Source: Pseudazoarcus pumilus (GTDB lineage Bacteria > Pseudomonadota > Gammaproteobacteria > Burkholderiales > Rhodocyclaceae). From it: a stretch of 45,339 nucleotides of DNA. The notes below the pieces were generated by a model. It was not told where the DNA came from. It was given only the letters and a program-made list of their open reading frames with translations, and ran no database searches. Below are positions 19,954-31,306 of the stretch, in pieces; positions within the stretch are counted from its first letter, which is position 1; each line of letters begins with the position of its first letter. The position numbers and the translations under genes were made by a program. The DNA is taken from positions 1 to 45,339 of the forward strand of contig JAJLLM010000157.1 in assembly GCA_033837965.1 (NCBI GenBank), written 5' to 3'.

Positions 19954-19980
19954 TTTACGGCCGCATGGCAGCCAGCTTTA
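19954..19980 (-). promoter_or_regulatory. sigma28 (FliA)-type promoter of the Aer-like gene
   Basis: Minus strand reads TAAA-N15-GCCGTAAA. Confidence 0.8.
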
Positions 19981-20141
19981 GGAAGGCATGTTGATCTATC
20001 CGGTATGGACACGATCCGCTCCGGGCGCAAGTCTTGGAGGCCTTGCGGACCTGTCACAAAACCGCTCTGGACGCCACGTCCGGTGCAACGGACAATTGCG
20101 CCATTCCATCCGGATGACACGGGCGCCCGCCATGCGGCGCA

Positions 20142-21152
20142 ATGCCGATGCCTAAATTTTTCTTCCCCACGCTGTTCTTCCTGCTCCCGACGCTGCTGCA
20201 TGCGGCGGAGTGGACGGCACGTCCGCTGGCCGAGGTGGCGGTGTATCCCGAGTTCCGTGCCCCGGCCGAGGTCATGGCGGGTGACGAGGCGCGCATTTCG
20301 GCCGAGGTGTCTGCGCGTGTCGAGGCCATGCCGGCGCGAGTGGGAGAGCGCGTGGCGCGCGGGGCTGAACTGGTGCGGCTGGACGCGGCGAGCTATCGCG
20401 TCGAAGTCGAGCGTGCGCAGGCGCAGGTCGATCTGGTGGGCAATCGCGTGAAGCTCGCCGAGGCGCAGTTGGCACAGTCCGAGGCGCTGGCGGCGCGCGG
20501 TTTCATCAGCGACGACGGTCTGCGGGTGCGTCGCACCGAACTGGCCGTACTGAAGAGCGAACTTGCCGCGACCCGGCAGGGGCTTGAAGCGGCGCGGTTG
20601 CAGCTGGCGCGCACGGTGATCCGTGCGCCCTTTGACGGCACCGTGCGCGAGCGCATCGCAAGCGTCGGCGATCTGGCCGCGCCCGGCACGGCCTTGCTGG
20701 TGTTCGCGGCCGATGACGGCATCGAGGTGCGTGCTCGCGTGCCGGCCGCGCAGGTCGAGGGCCTGCGCGCGGCGAAAGGCTGGCGGCTGGTGGCGGGCCG
20801 GGTCGAGGCGGAACTGCGCCTGCTGCGCGTGTCGCCGCTGGTGTCGTCGGCCGGTCAGGCACGCGAGGTGGTGTTTGCGCCGCTCACCGAGCTGTCGCCG
20901 GGGCTGGCGGGCGAACTGCGCTGGGCGAGCGCCGCGCCGCATCTGCCGTCCGCCTGGGTGCAGCAGCGCAAGGGCACTCTGGGTGTGTGGCTGGTGCGCG
21001 GCGGCCAACCGGCGTTCCAGGCGCTGCCGCAGGCGGAACTGGGGCGGCCGGTGGCGGTGAGTCTGCCGCCCGATACCTTGCTGGTGGATGAAGGGCGCTT
21101 CAGCCTCGACCTGCCCCCACGCAACAGCAACGGCAACGGAGCCGCCAAGTGA
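20142..21152 (+). CDS. RND efflux periplasmic adaptor (MFP)
   Basis: ISAEVSARV..VGERVARGAELVRLD, helical hairpin, IRAPFDGTV; signal peptide. Confidence 0.9.
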   Translation: MPMPKFFFPTLFFLLPTLLHAAEWTARPLAEVAVYPEFRAPAEVMAGDEARISAEVSARVEAMPARVGERVARGAELVRLDAASYRVEVERAQAQVDLVGNRVKLAEAQLAQSEALAARGFISDDGLRVRRTELAVLKSELAATRQGLEAARLQLARTVIRAPFDGTVRERIASVGDLAAPGTALLVFAADDGIEVRARVPAAQVEGLRAAKGWRLVAGRVEAELRLLRVSPLVSSAGQAREVVFAPLTELSPGLAGELRWASAAPHLPSAWVQQRKGTLGVWLVRGGQPAFQALPQAELGRPVAVSLPPDTLLVDEGRFSLDLPPRNSNGNGAAK

Positions 21153-24100
21153 GGGGCGTGTTCGAGCGGCTCATCACCAACCACCCGCTCGCCAACATCG
21201 CCTTTGCGCTGGTCATCCTCGGCGGCATCTTCAGCTATGTGACGATGCCGCGCGCGCAGGACCCGGAGATCAACTTCAACTGGGTCAACATCACCACCGC
21301 GCTGCCCGGCGCCTCGGCCGAGGACGTCGAGCGCGAGCTCACCGGCCCGCTCGAAGACGCGCTGATGCAGGTCAAGGACATCAAGTTCGTGTCCTCGTCG
21401 AGCCGCGAGGGCGTTTCGTCCATCCTGGTGCGCTTCGAGGACATCGGCGAGCGCCAGTTCGACCGCCGCATCAACGACCTGCGCCGCGAGATCCAGAACA
21501 AGGCCTCGGCCGAACTGCCCTTCGATGCCACCGATCCGGTGGTGCTGGAGATCACCTCGTCCAACGGCTTCCCGACCGCGATGATGGCGGTGTACGCCCC
21601 GGCCGGCGGTGAGACGCTGCGCCGCGCTGCCTTCAACCTGAAGAAGGACATCGAGCAGCTCACCGGCGTCGACCAGGTTATGGCGCTGGGGCTGGACGAG
21701 CCCGAACTGCATGTCGATTTCGACCCCGAGCGCGTCGCCGCCACCGGCCTGTCACCCATCCAGCTTGCTGACGGCGTGGCCGGCTGGTTCCGCAACACGC
21801 TTGGCGGGCGCATCCGCGTGCAGGACGGCGAATGGCTGGTGCGCATGGAAGGCAAGACGGCCGACCCGCAGGTGCTGGCGCAGGCCGCCATCGTCACGCC
21901 GGAAGGACGCGTGGCGCTGGGCGAAGTGGGACGCGTGGCGCGCGGCCATGAGCGCACCACGCAGCAGGTGGCCTACAACGGCCAGCCGGCCATTCTGCTG
22001 TCGGTGACCAAGCAGCCCGGCGCCAACACGCTGGAACTGGTCGGCCGGCTGGAGGCCTTCGCGGCCGAGCGCAATCCGCTGCTGTACGGCCAGGGCGTGC
22101 AACTGGTCACCGTGGATGACCAGACCTACCAGACGCGCAGCGCCATCAGCATAATGGAATCCAATGCGCTGCTGGGCCTGTTCGCGGTGCTCGGCATGTG
22201 CTGGCTGTTCCTCGGCAGCCGCATTGCCCTGCTGGTGGCCATCGGCATTCCGTTCTCGCTGGCCGGCGCCTTCGTGGTGGTGGACGGCATCGGCGGCACG
22301 CTCAACCTGACGGTGCTGCTGGGCATCGTCATCGTGCTCGGCATGGTGGTGGATGACGCCGTGGTGGTGGTCGAGGCCATCTACTACCGCCTGCAGCGCG
22401 GTGAGGCGCCGCTCGATGCGGTGAGTGGTGGCGTGATGGAGGTCGGCGCGCCGGTGCTGTCGTCGGTGCTGACCACCATCGCCGCCTTCCTGCCGCTGAT
22501 GCTGCTGCCCGGCATCCTCGGCGACTTCATGTTCGTGGTGCCCTTTGTGGTCACCGTGGCGCTGCTCATCAGCCTGTTCGAAGCCTTCTGGATCCTGCCC
22601 TCGCACGTGCTTTCGCTGCGGCCGGATTTCACCCGTGCGCCGAGCCGCGCGCAGCGGCTGCGCGAGCGCTTCACGCACAGCCTGCGGGTGAAGTATTCGC
22701 GCCTGCTGGTGGCGGTGATGCGCCGCCCCAAGACGGCGCTGGCGGTGGTGCTGGTCACCATCGTGGCGGCGCTCGGCGCGGTCGGCAGCGGAATCGTGAA
22801 GATGCAGTTCTTCGCCTTCGATTCGGTGCGGCTGTTCTACATCAACGTCGACATGCCGCCGGGCGTGGCGCTGGAGCGCACGCTGGCGCAGGCCGAGCGC
22901 GCTGCCGAGGTGGTGCGCGCGCAGGTCGGCGAGGAGGACATGCGCGGGCTGGCGGCGGTGGCCGGCAGCAAGTTCACCGAAACCGAGCCGCTGTATGGCG
23001 ACCAGTACGGTCAGGTCATCGTGTCGCTGGCGCCGCGCTACGGCGACATGGCCGAAACCGGCGAGATCATCGAGCGTCTTCGCCCCGGCATCGAGGCGCT
23101 CAACGGCGAGGCGCGCTTTGCCTTCCTCGAACTCAAGGGCGGGCCGCCCACCGCCAAGCCGATCAGCGTCAAGATCAAGGGCGACGATTACGCCGAGTTG
23201 CGCGCCGCCGCCGACGCGCTGATCGAGGCCGTGCGCGCCATTCCCGGCACGCGTGACGTCACCGACGACGACGTGGCCGGCCGCAACGAACTGCGCCTGG
23301 TGCCCAACCGCGAAAAGCTCGCGCGCGCCGGCGTGCCGGCCGGCGACGTGGCGCGTCTGCTGCGCCTGTACGGCGAGGGCGAAGTGGTCGGCGTGACGCG
23401 CGATCAGGGCGAGAAGATGGAAGTCATCGTGCGTGCGCGCCCCGAGACGCTGATCGACGTCACCGAGATCCTGCAGCGTCCGGTGCCGCTGCCGGACGGG
23501 CGCAGCGTTCAACTGGGCGAGCTGGTGGACGTGCAGACGCTGGTGTCCAAGGGCTACATCCGCCACTACCAGTTCAAGCGCGCCATCACCGTCGAGGCCG
23601 ATCTCGACCGCGAGCAGATCGACACGCTGGCCGCCAACAACCAGCTCAAGGCGCGCTGGGCCGAACTGCAGGGCAATTTCCCGAACGTGGCGCTGGATTT
23701 CTCCGGCGAGCTGGACGACATCCAGGAGAGTCTGGACTCCATGGCGCGGCTGTTCGCCTTCGGCGTGGGCCTGATCTACCTGATCCTCGCCACCCAGTTC
23801 CGCAGCTACTGGCAGCCCATGATGATCCTCGCCACCGTGCCGCTGGCCTTCACCGGCGTGATCCTCGGCCTGCTGGTGTCGAACAACCCGCTATCGCTGT
23901 ACACGCTGTACGGCGTCATCGCGCTGACCGGCGTCGCGGTGAACTCGGCCATCGTGCTGATCGACGCCGCCAACGAGCGCCGTCGCCTCGGCATGAGTGT
24001 GCAGCATGCCGCGATCTACGCCGCGCGACGCCGCGTGGTCCCCATCCTGATCACCTCGGTCACCACCATCGGCGGCCTGTTCTCGCTGGCCGTCGGGCTG

Positions 24101-24244
24101 GGTGGCAAGTCGCTGATGTGGGGGCCGGTGGCCGCCAGCATCGTGTGGGGTCTGGGCTTCTCGACGGTGCTCACGCTGTTCGCGATTCCGCTGATCTACC
24201 GGCTCGCGATGGGGCGCAAACGTGATCGGGTCGAGCCCGCCTGA
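21149..24244 (+). CDS. RND efflux permease (AcrB/AcrD/AcrF family)
   Basis: 1031 aa; [21 protein letters not shown] (TM4 aspartates), PILITS; GTGA overlap with the MFP gene. Confidence 0.95.
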   Translation: MRGVFERLITNHPLANIAFALVILGGIFSYVTMPRAQDPEINFNWVNITTALPGASAEDVERELTGPLEDALMQVKDIKFVSSSSREGVSSILVRFEDIGERQFDRRINDLRREIQNKASAELPFDATDPVVLEITSSNGFPTAMMAVYAPAGGETLRRAAFNLKKDIEQLTGVDQVMALGLDEPELHVDFDPERVAATGLSPIQLADGVAGWFRNTLGGRIRVQDGEWLVRMEGKTADPQVLAQAAIVTPEGRVALGEVGRVARGHERTTQQVAYNGQPAILLSVTKQPGANTLELVGRLEAFAAERNPLLYGQGVQLVTVDDQTYQTRSAISIMESNALLGLFAVLGMCWLFLGSRIALLVAIGIPFSLAGAFVVVDGIGGTLNLTVLLGIVIVLGMVVDDAVVVVEAIYYRLQRGEAPLDAVSGGVMEVGAPVLSSVLTTIAAFLPLMLLPGILGDFMFVVPFVVTVALLISLFEAFWILPSHVLSLRPDFTRAPSRAQRLRERFTHSLRVKYSRLLVAVMRRPKTALAVVLVTIVAALGAVGSGIVKMQFFAFDSVRLFYINVDMPPGVALERTLAQAERAAEVVRAQVGEEDMRGLAAVAGSKFTETEPLYGDQYGQVIVSLAPRYGDMAETGEIIERLRPGIEALNGEARFAFLELKGGPPTAKPISVKIKGDDYAELRAAADALIEAVRAIPGTRDVTDDDVAGRNELRLVPNREKLARAGVPAGDVARLLRLYGEGEVVGVTRDQGEKMEVIVRARPETLIDVTEILQRPVPLPDGRSVQLGELVDVQTLVSKGYIRHYQFKRAITVEADLDREQIDTLAANNQLKARWAELQGNFPNVALDFSGELDDIQESLDSMARLFAFGVGLIYLILATQFRSYWQPMMILATVPLAFTGVILGLLVSNNPLSLYTLYGVIALTGVAVNSAIVLIDAANERRRLGMSVQHAAIYAARRRVVPILITSVTTIGGLFSLAVGLGGKSLMWGPVAASIVWGLGFSTVLTLFAIPLIYRLAMGRKRDRVEPA

Positions 24245-24273
24245 GCGGACAAAAACCGCGTAGAATCACGGCC

Positions 24274-26476
<2,203 letters not shown>

Positions 26477-26490
<14 letters not shown>

Positions 26491-26508
26491 GCGGAGCGCA
26501 TTGCGCCG
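26477..26508 (+). repeat. GTAG-type REP-like palindrome
   Basis: GTAG followed by GGCGCAAT..ATTGCGCC. Contains the ygiQ TAA stop. Only one copy seen in this window. Confidence 0.7.
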
Positions 26509-26540
26509 CAGACGAAACCGGGGCGTCAGGAAAACACAGG

Positions 26541-26711
26541 CAAAAAGAATCCCCGGCGATCGTGCGGGATCAGACCATGATGCGCACGAGGCCGGGGCGA
26601 AGAGGAGGACAACCGCGCAGGTTGAGCAAAACCTGCGACTCAACAAACCGTCGCCCGACGGAGGAGGGAGAATCGGGCGCCGGCTGGAGTTCGTTAGCGA
26701 ACCGCGCTTGC
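26541..26711 (-). ncRNA. Candidate 3'-UTR-derived sRNA with CCUCC (anti-SD) motifs and terminator
   Basis: Four hairpins (26689-26702, 26652-26679, 26616-26637, 26551-26597), a loop UUCUCCCUCCUCCG, a linker UCCUCCUCUUC, and a final hairpin followed by AUUCUUUUU. Confidence 0.55.
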
Positions 26712-26864
26712 TCAGGCGTGGTGGTGTTTCAGGCCGGGGGCGGCGTTGCGGATGGCGTCGCGAACGCGCTGGACGGCGGTGCGGATCATGTCCGCGATGA
26801 TCTGGTTGCGCATCTGATGCGCGGCGACAATGATTCGGGTCACGTCGATGTTTGCGTCGTACAT
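26712..26864 (-). CDS. 50-aa small protein (RSP_7527-like by recall)
   Basis: Strong RBS AAGGAG; MYDANIDVTRIIVAAHQMRNQIIADMIRTAVQRVRDAIR..; amphipathic and Arg-rich; divergent from the LysR gene. Confidence 0.7.
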   Translation of the reverse strand: MYDANIDVTRIIVAAHQMRNQIIADMIRTAVQRVRDAIRNAAPGLKHHHA

Positions 26865-26955
26865 TTTCTTTTCTCTCCTTGAGCTCATCGTGTAAGCACG
26901 GGACGAAATGTACAAAGCATGACGCGGCGCAACAAACGATGTATTGTCACTCGAC

Positions 26956-26974
26956 GGATGAGCTGAATTCATCC
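26956..26974. promoter_or_regulatory. LysR-type recognition site
   Basis: GGATGA-N7-TCATCC perfect dyad containing T-N11-A, in the divergent intergenic region. Confidence 0.7.
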
Positions 26975-26988
26975 ATGAGCGAGAACAC

Positions 26989-27948
26989 ATGAGCGACCGC
27001 CTGCCCCCACTGAATGCCCTGCGCACCTTCGAGGTCGCTGCCCGTCACCTCAGCTTCAAGGACGCGGCGGAAGAACTGTCCGTCACCCCCACGGCGGTGA
27101 GCCACCAGATCCGCGGTCTGGAGGAATTCCTCGGCGTCGAGCTGTTCCGCCGGCTGACCCGCGCGCTCGAACTCACCTCCGAAGGCGAAGCCATGCTGCC
27201 CAAGGTGCGCGAGGGCATGGATTGCTTCGCCGAGGCGGTGGCCGAAGTGCGCAGCATGAAGCCTGCCGCCCGCCTGCGCGTGGTGGCGCCGCCATCCTTC
27301 GCCCAGCGCTGGCTGATGCCGCGCCTGTGGCGCTACAACGAGCGCGAGCCCAACGTCGAGCTGTACATGCGCGGCTCGATCAAGGCCATCGACTCCTCCG
27401 CCCAGCAGAGCACCCACAACAGTGGCGACGCCGACCAGCGCCGTGGCCGCAACCGCGACGTGCCGCAGGTGTGGGTGCGCTACGGCCGCGGCAACTACGT
27501 CGGCGTGCGTACCGACCAGCTCTTCGAGCCGGAGTACACCGCGGTGTGCAGCCCTGCCTTGCTGCAGCGGCGCATCCCGCTCAACAAGCCGGAAGACCTG
27601 CGCCATTTCGCGCTGATCCACGACGAAACCATTCCCGACCGCGCCCTGCGCCCGCGCTGGGAAGCCTGGCTGGCCGCGGCCGGGGTGCATGGCGTGCGCG
27701 TGGCCGGCCCGCACTTCTCCAACTCCGGGCTGGCCATCTCGGCGGCCATCGACGGCCTCGGCGTGGCGCTGCTGGCGCGTCAGATCGTCGAGGGCGATAT
27801 CGCCACCGGCCGTCTCGTTGCGCCTTTTGACGTCAGCATCCGCTGTGGCTTCTCGTACTACATCGTGTCGCCCGAGAACGTCGCCGACACGCCGCAGGTG
27901 GTCAGCTTCCGTGACTGGCTGATCGAAGAGGCGGCGGCCGGTGCCTGA
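26989..27948 (+). CDS. LysR family regulator, GcvA-like
   Basis: LPPLNALRTFEVAARHLSF..AAEELSVTPTAVSHQIRGLE; WLMPRL; AAIDGLGVAL. Confidence 0.93.
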   Translation: MSDRLPPLNALRTFEVAARHLSFKDAAEELSVTPTAVSHQIRGLEEFLGVELFRRLTRALELTSEGEAMLPKVREGMDCFAEAVAEVRSMKPAARLRVVAPPSFAQRWLMPRLWRYNEREPNVELYMRGSIKAIDSSAQQSTHNSGDADQRRGRNRDVPQVWVRYGRGNYVGVRTDQLFEPEYTAVCSPALLQRRIPLNKPEDLRHFALIHDETIPDRALRPRWEAWLAAAGVHGVRVAGPHFSNSGLAISAAIDGLGVALLARQIVEGDIATGRLVAPFDVSIRCGFSYYIVSPENVADTPQVVSFRDWLIEEAAAGA

Positions 27949-28008
27949 TCCGGGCGGCACATCCTGGTCACAGTGGAGCCGTCTTCGGGCGGCTCTTGCT
28001 TTTTGTGC

Positions 28009-28039
28009 TTGACCTTCCCATTGTGGGAAGGAAGAGACT
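28009..28039 (+). promoter_or_regulatory. CueR-dependent promoter (MerR-type, 19-bp spacer)
   Basis: -35 TTGACC, dyad CCTTCCCA-ttg-TGGGAAGG matching the CueR box ACCTTCC-N7-GGAAGGT, -10 GAGACT. Confidence 0.88.
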
Positions 28040-28068
28040 GGGTTTGTCTCAACCCGTGGAGCATGGAA

Positions 28069-28281
28069 ATGCAAAGCTACAAGGTCAGCGGAATCGGTTG
28101 CGGATCCTGCGTGCGCAAGATCATCGCGGCCATCAACAACATCGATGACGAAGCGAAGATCGAGGTCGATCAGGCCGCCGGCATCGTGCGCGTGGAGGCC
28201 GATCTGGAGCCGGGCGAAGTGGTGCGAGCCATCGAGGACGCCGGCTACACCGCGCAGGCCGTGTCGGAGGCGCAGCGATGA
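28069..28281 (+). CDS. copZ: Copper chaperone (HMA domain)
   Basis: VSGIGCGSC (CxxC), IEDAGY. Start at 28069 after GGAG; 70 aa. Confidence 0.88.
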   Translation: MQSYKVSGIGCGSCVRKIIAAINNIDDEAKIEVDQAAGIVRVEADLEPGEVVRAIEDAGYTAQAVSEAQR

Positions 28282-30728
28282 GCACGCAGACCCTGCATGT
28301 GGGCGGCATGACGTGTGCCTCGTGCGTGGCGCACGTCGAGAAGGCGCTGCTGAAGGTGCCGGGCGTGGAGAAGGCGAGCGTGAATCTCGCCACCGAGACG
28401 GCCACCGTCACGGCGCCGTCCGGGGTCGCCTTCGATGCGCTGGTGCAGGCGGTGGAAAAGGCCGGCTATGAGGTCGTGCGTGACGAGACCGTGCTCGACA
28501 TCGAGGGCATGAGTTGCGCCGCCTGCGTCGGTCGCGTGGAGAAAGTCTTGCTGCGTGTGCCGGGCGTGGTGTCGGCCAACGTCAATCTGGCGGCGCGCAA
28601 TGCGCGCATCGAGAGCGCAGGCGAGGTGCCGGTGGCGGCGCTGGTGGCGGCCGTGAAGAAGGCCGGCTTCGACGCCAAACCCGCCTCCGAGGCTGCTGAA
28701 GGTGCGCGCGAGGCCACTGCCGCTGCCGAAGAACGCGAGCTGCGCCGCGACGTGTGGATCGCCGTGGCGCTGACCTTGCCGGTGTTCGTGCTGGAAATGG
28801 GCTCTCACCTGATTCCGGGCATGCACGAATGGGTGATGGTGACGCTGGGCCACACCCTCAACGGCTGGATACAGGCGGTGCTCACCACCGCCGTGATGTT
28901 CGGCCCCGGCCTGCGTTTCTTCCGCAAGGGCGTGCCGGCCCTGCTGCGCGGCGCGCCGGACATGAACGCGCTGGTGGCGCTCGGCACGGGCGCGGCATGG
29001 AGCTATTCGCTGGTGGCGCTGGCTGCGCCGGGGTTGCTGCCGGAAGGCACGGCCAACGTCTATTTCGAGGCCGCGGCGGTGATCATCACGCTGATCCTGG
29101 TGGGGCGGCTGCTCGAAGCGCGCGCGCGCGGCCGCACGTCGGAAGCCATTCGCCGGTTGATGAAGATCGCGCCGCGCACCGCGCGCGTACGCCGTGACGG
29201 CGAGGCGGTGGAGCTGCCGATTGCCGAGGTCGCGGTGGGCGACGTCATCGAGGTGCGCCCCGGCGAGAAGATTGCGGTGGACGGCGAGGTGGTCGAGGGG
29301 GCGTCCTTCGTCGACGAATCCATGATCACCGGCGAGCCGGTGCCGGTGGAGAAGGCGGTCGGCGCGCAGGTGGTGGGCGGCACGCTGAATACCCGTGGCG
29401 CATTGGCTTTCCGCGCGACCCGCGTGGGTGCGGACACCGTGCTGGCGCAGATCATCCGCATGGTCGAGCACGCGCAGGGCGCCAAGCTGCCGATCCAGGC
29501 GCTGGTCGACAAGGTCACCATGGTGTTCGTCCCCATCGTGATGGGCGTGGCGCTGCTGACCTTCATCGCGTGGATGATCTTCGGTGCCGAGCCGGCGCTG
29601 AGCTTTGCGCTGGTGTGTGCGGTGGCGGTGCTGATCGTCGCCTGCCCGTGCGCGATGGGGCTGGCCACGCCGACCTCCATCATGGTCGCCACCGGCCGCG
29701 CCGCCGCCATGGGCGTGCTGTTCCGCAAGGGCGACGCGCTGCAGGAACTGTCGCGCGCCGACGTGGTGGCCTTCGACAAGACCGGCACGCTGACGCTGGG
29801 TCGCCCGCAACTGACCGATCTGGTGGCGGCCGAAGGTTTCGAGCGCGCCGAGGTGCTGGCGCTGGTTGCTGCGGTGGAACGCCGCTCCGAGCACCCGATT
29901 GCCGAGGCCATCGTCGCGGCCGCACGCGCCGAGGGGCTGGAGCTGCCGCAGGCCGAAGGCTTCGAGGCCACCGCCGGCCACGGCGTGCGTGCGCAGGTCG
30001 CGGGCCGGCGCGTGGAGGTCGGCGCGGATCGCATGATGCGTGGGCTCGGGCTCGATCTGGCGGTGTTCGCGGAAACCGCCGAGCGCCTCGGCGACGAGGG
30101 CAAGAGCCCGCTGTACGCGGCCGTCGATGGCCGGCTCGCCGCCATCATCGCGGTGGCCGACCCGCTCAAGGACACCACGACGGACGCCATCCGCGCGCTG
30201 CATACGATGGGCCTCAAGGTGGCGATGATTACCGGCGACAACGCGCGCACCGCGCACGCCATTGCGCGCCAGGCCGGCATCGACGATGTCGCCGCCGAGG
30301 TGTTGCCCGATGGCAAAGTCGAAGCACTGAAACGTCTGCGTGGCGACGAGCGGCGCATCGTCTTCGTCGGTGACGGCATCAACGACGCGCCGGCGCTGGC
30401 CGCTACCGATGTCGGCATGGCCATCGGCAGCGGCACCGACGTGGCCATCGAGAGCGCCGACGTGGTGCTGATGTCCGGCGATCTGGCCGGGGTGCCGCGC
30501 GCCATCGCGCTGTCGCGCGCGACCATGCGCAACATCCGCCAGAACCTGTTCTGGGCCTTCGCCTACAACGCCGCGCTGATTCCGCTGGCGGCCGGCCTCT
30601 TCTATCCGGCCTTCGGCCTGCTGCTCTCGCCGGTGTTCGCGGCGGCGGCGATGTCGCTGTCGAGCGTGTTCGTGCTGAGCAACGCGCTGCGACTGCGCTG
30701 GTTCGATGCGGGGAGGGTGGCGGCATGA
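28278..30728 (+). CDS. copA: Cu(I)-translocating P1B-type ATPase
   Basis: Two GMxCxxC domains, [23 protein letters not shown] and MxxSS. Confidence 0.96.
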   Translation: MSTQTLHVGGMTCASCVAHVEKALLKVPGVEKASVNLATETATVTAPSGVAFDALVQAVEKAGYEVVRDETVLDIEGMSCAACVGRVEKVLLRVPGVVSANVNLAARNARIESAGEVPVAALVAAVKKAGFDAKPASEAAEGAREATAAAEERELRRDVWIAVALTLPVFVLEMGSHLIPGMHEWVMVTLGHTLNGWIQAVLTTAVMFGPGLRFFRKGVPALLRGAPDMNALVALGTGAAWSYSLVALAAPGLLPEGTANVYFEAAAVIITLILVGRLLEARARGRTSEAIRRLMKIAPRTARVRRDGEAVELPIAEVAVGDVIEVRPGEKIAVDGEVVEGASFVDESMITGEPVPVEKAVGAQVVGGTLNTRGALAFRATRVGADTVLAQIIRMVEHAQGAKLPIQALVDKVTMVFVPIVMGVALLTFIAWMIFGAEPALSFALVCAVAVLIVACPCAMGLATPTSIMVATGRAAAMGVLFRKGDALQELSRADVVAFDKTGTLTLGRPQLTDLVAAEGFERAEVLALVAAVERRSEHPIAEAIVAAARAEGLELPQAEGFEATAGHGVRAQVAGRRVEVGADRMMRGLGLDLAVFAETAERLGDEGKSPLYAAVDGRLAAIIAVADPLKDTTTDAIRALHTMGLKVAMITGDNARTAHAIARQAGIDDVAAEVLPDGKVEALKRLRGDERRIVFVGDGINDAPALAATDVGMAIGSGTDVAIESADVVLMSGDLAGVPRAIALSRATMRNIRQNLFWAFAYNAALIPLAAGLFYPAFGLLLSPVFAAAAMSLSSVFVLSNALRLRWFDAGRVAA

Positions 30729-31117
30729 ACATCGGCAAGGCAGCCACCGCATCCGGCGTGTCGGCCAAAATGATCCGTTACTACGAATCGGTCGGCCTGA
30801 TCCCGCCGGCGCGGCGCACCGACACCGCCTACCGCGTGTACTCGGATGACGATGTGCACGTGCTGCGCTTCATCCGCCGTGCGCGCGATCTGGGCTTCTC
30901 GGTCGACGCCATTCGTGAGTTGCTTGCGCTGTGGCGCGACAAGTCGCGCGCCAGCGCGGATGTGAAGCGCATCGCACAGCAGCATATCGATGCGCTGGAG
31001 ACGCGCATCGCCGCCTTGCAGGAGATGAGTGGTACGCTGCAACGGCTGGCCGAGTGTTGCCACGGCGATACGCGGCCGGACTGCCCGATTCTCGGTGATC
31101 TGGGCGGCAAGCCCTAG
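30725..31117 (+). CDS. cueR: Cu(I)-responsive MerR-family regulator
   Basis: [16 protein letters not shown]; RASADVK; [12 protein letters not shown] metal loop. Confidence 0.95.
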   Translation: MNIGKAATASGVSAKMIRYYESVGLIPPARRTDTAYRVYSDDDVHVLRFIRRARDLGFSVDAIRELLALWRDKSRASADVKRIAQQHIDALETRIAALQEMSGTLQRLAECCHGDTRPDCPILGDLGGKP

Positions 31118-31306
31118 CTGCCCTCCGGCCGATGTCGGCCGTGCAATGTGGCGATGCAGCAAGCACGCATTGACGCATCCCGAAGCGCCTTCGATACTGC
31201 CTTGGCTGCGGCGCAGCCAGGCCGCGAGAGCGCTTTCGAACCCCAGTTGCCGGCGGCGATGCAGCCAGTCGTCCGCCGTGCAGCGTCATCACGAGGCTTG
31301 CCGCTC

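Noticed and set aside
19907-19954. Longer N-terminus of the Aer-like MCP given in the ORF track
   Set aside because: ATG 19954 overlaps the sigma28 -10 box, and MRINQP at 19906 matches the usual Aer start.
26598-26679. Plus-strand reading of the GGA-rich loops as a CsrA/RsmA sponge RNA
   Set aside because: The U-tract terminator and upstream small gene are on the minus strand and the GGA motifs are few. Not fully excluded without strand-specific RNA data.
28245-30752. Long antisense/alternate-frame ORFs (also 5714-7282, 21752-23566, 31289-32905, 36796-38412, 41118-42719)
   Set aside because: Shadow ORFs expected from high-GC codon bias opposite well-supported genes; no recognisable motifs.
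31142-31158. TGCA-N9-TGCA, NtrC-like site upstream of the DUF2126 gene
   Set aside because: Only the outer bases match, and no convincing sigma54 promoter was found downstream.
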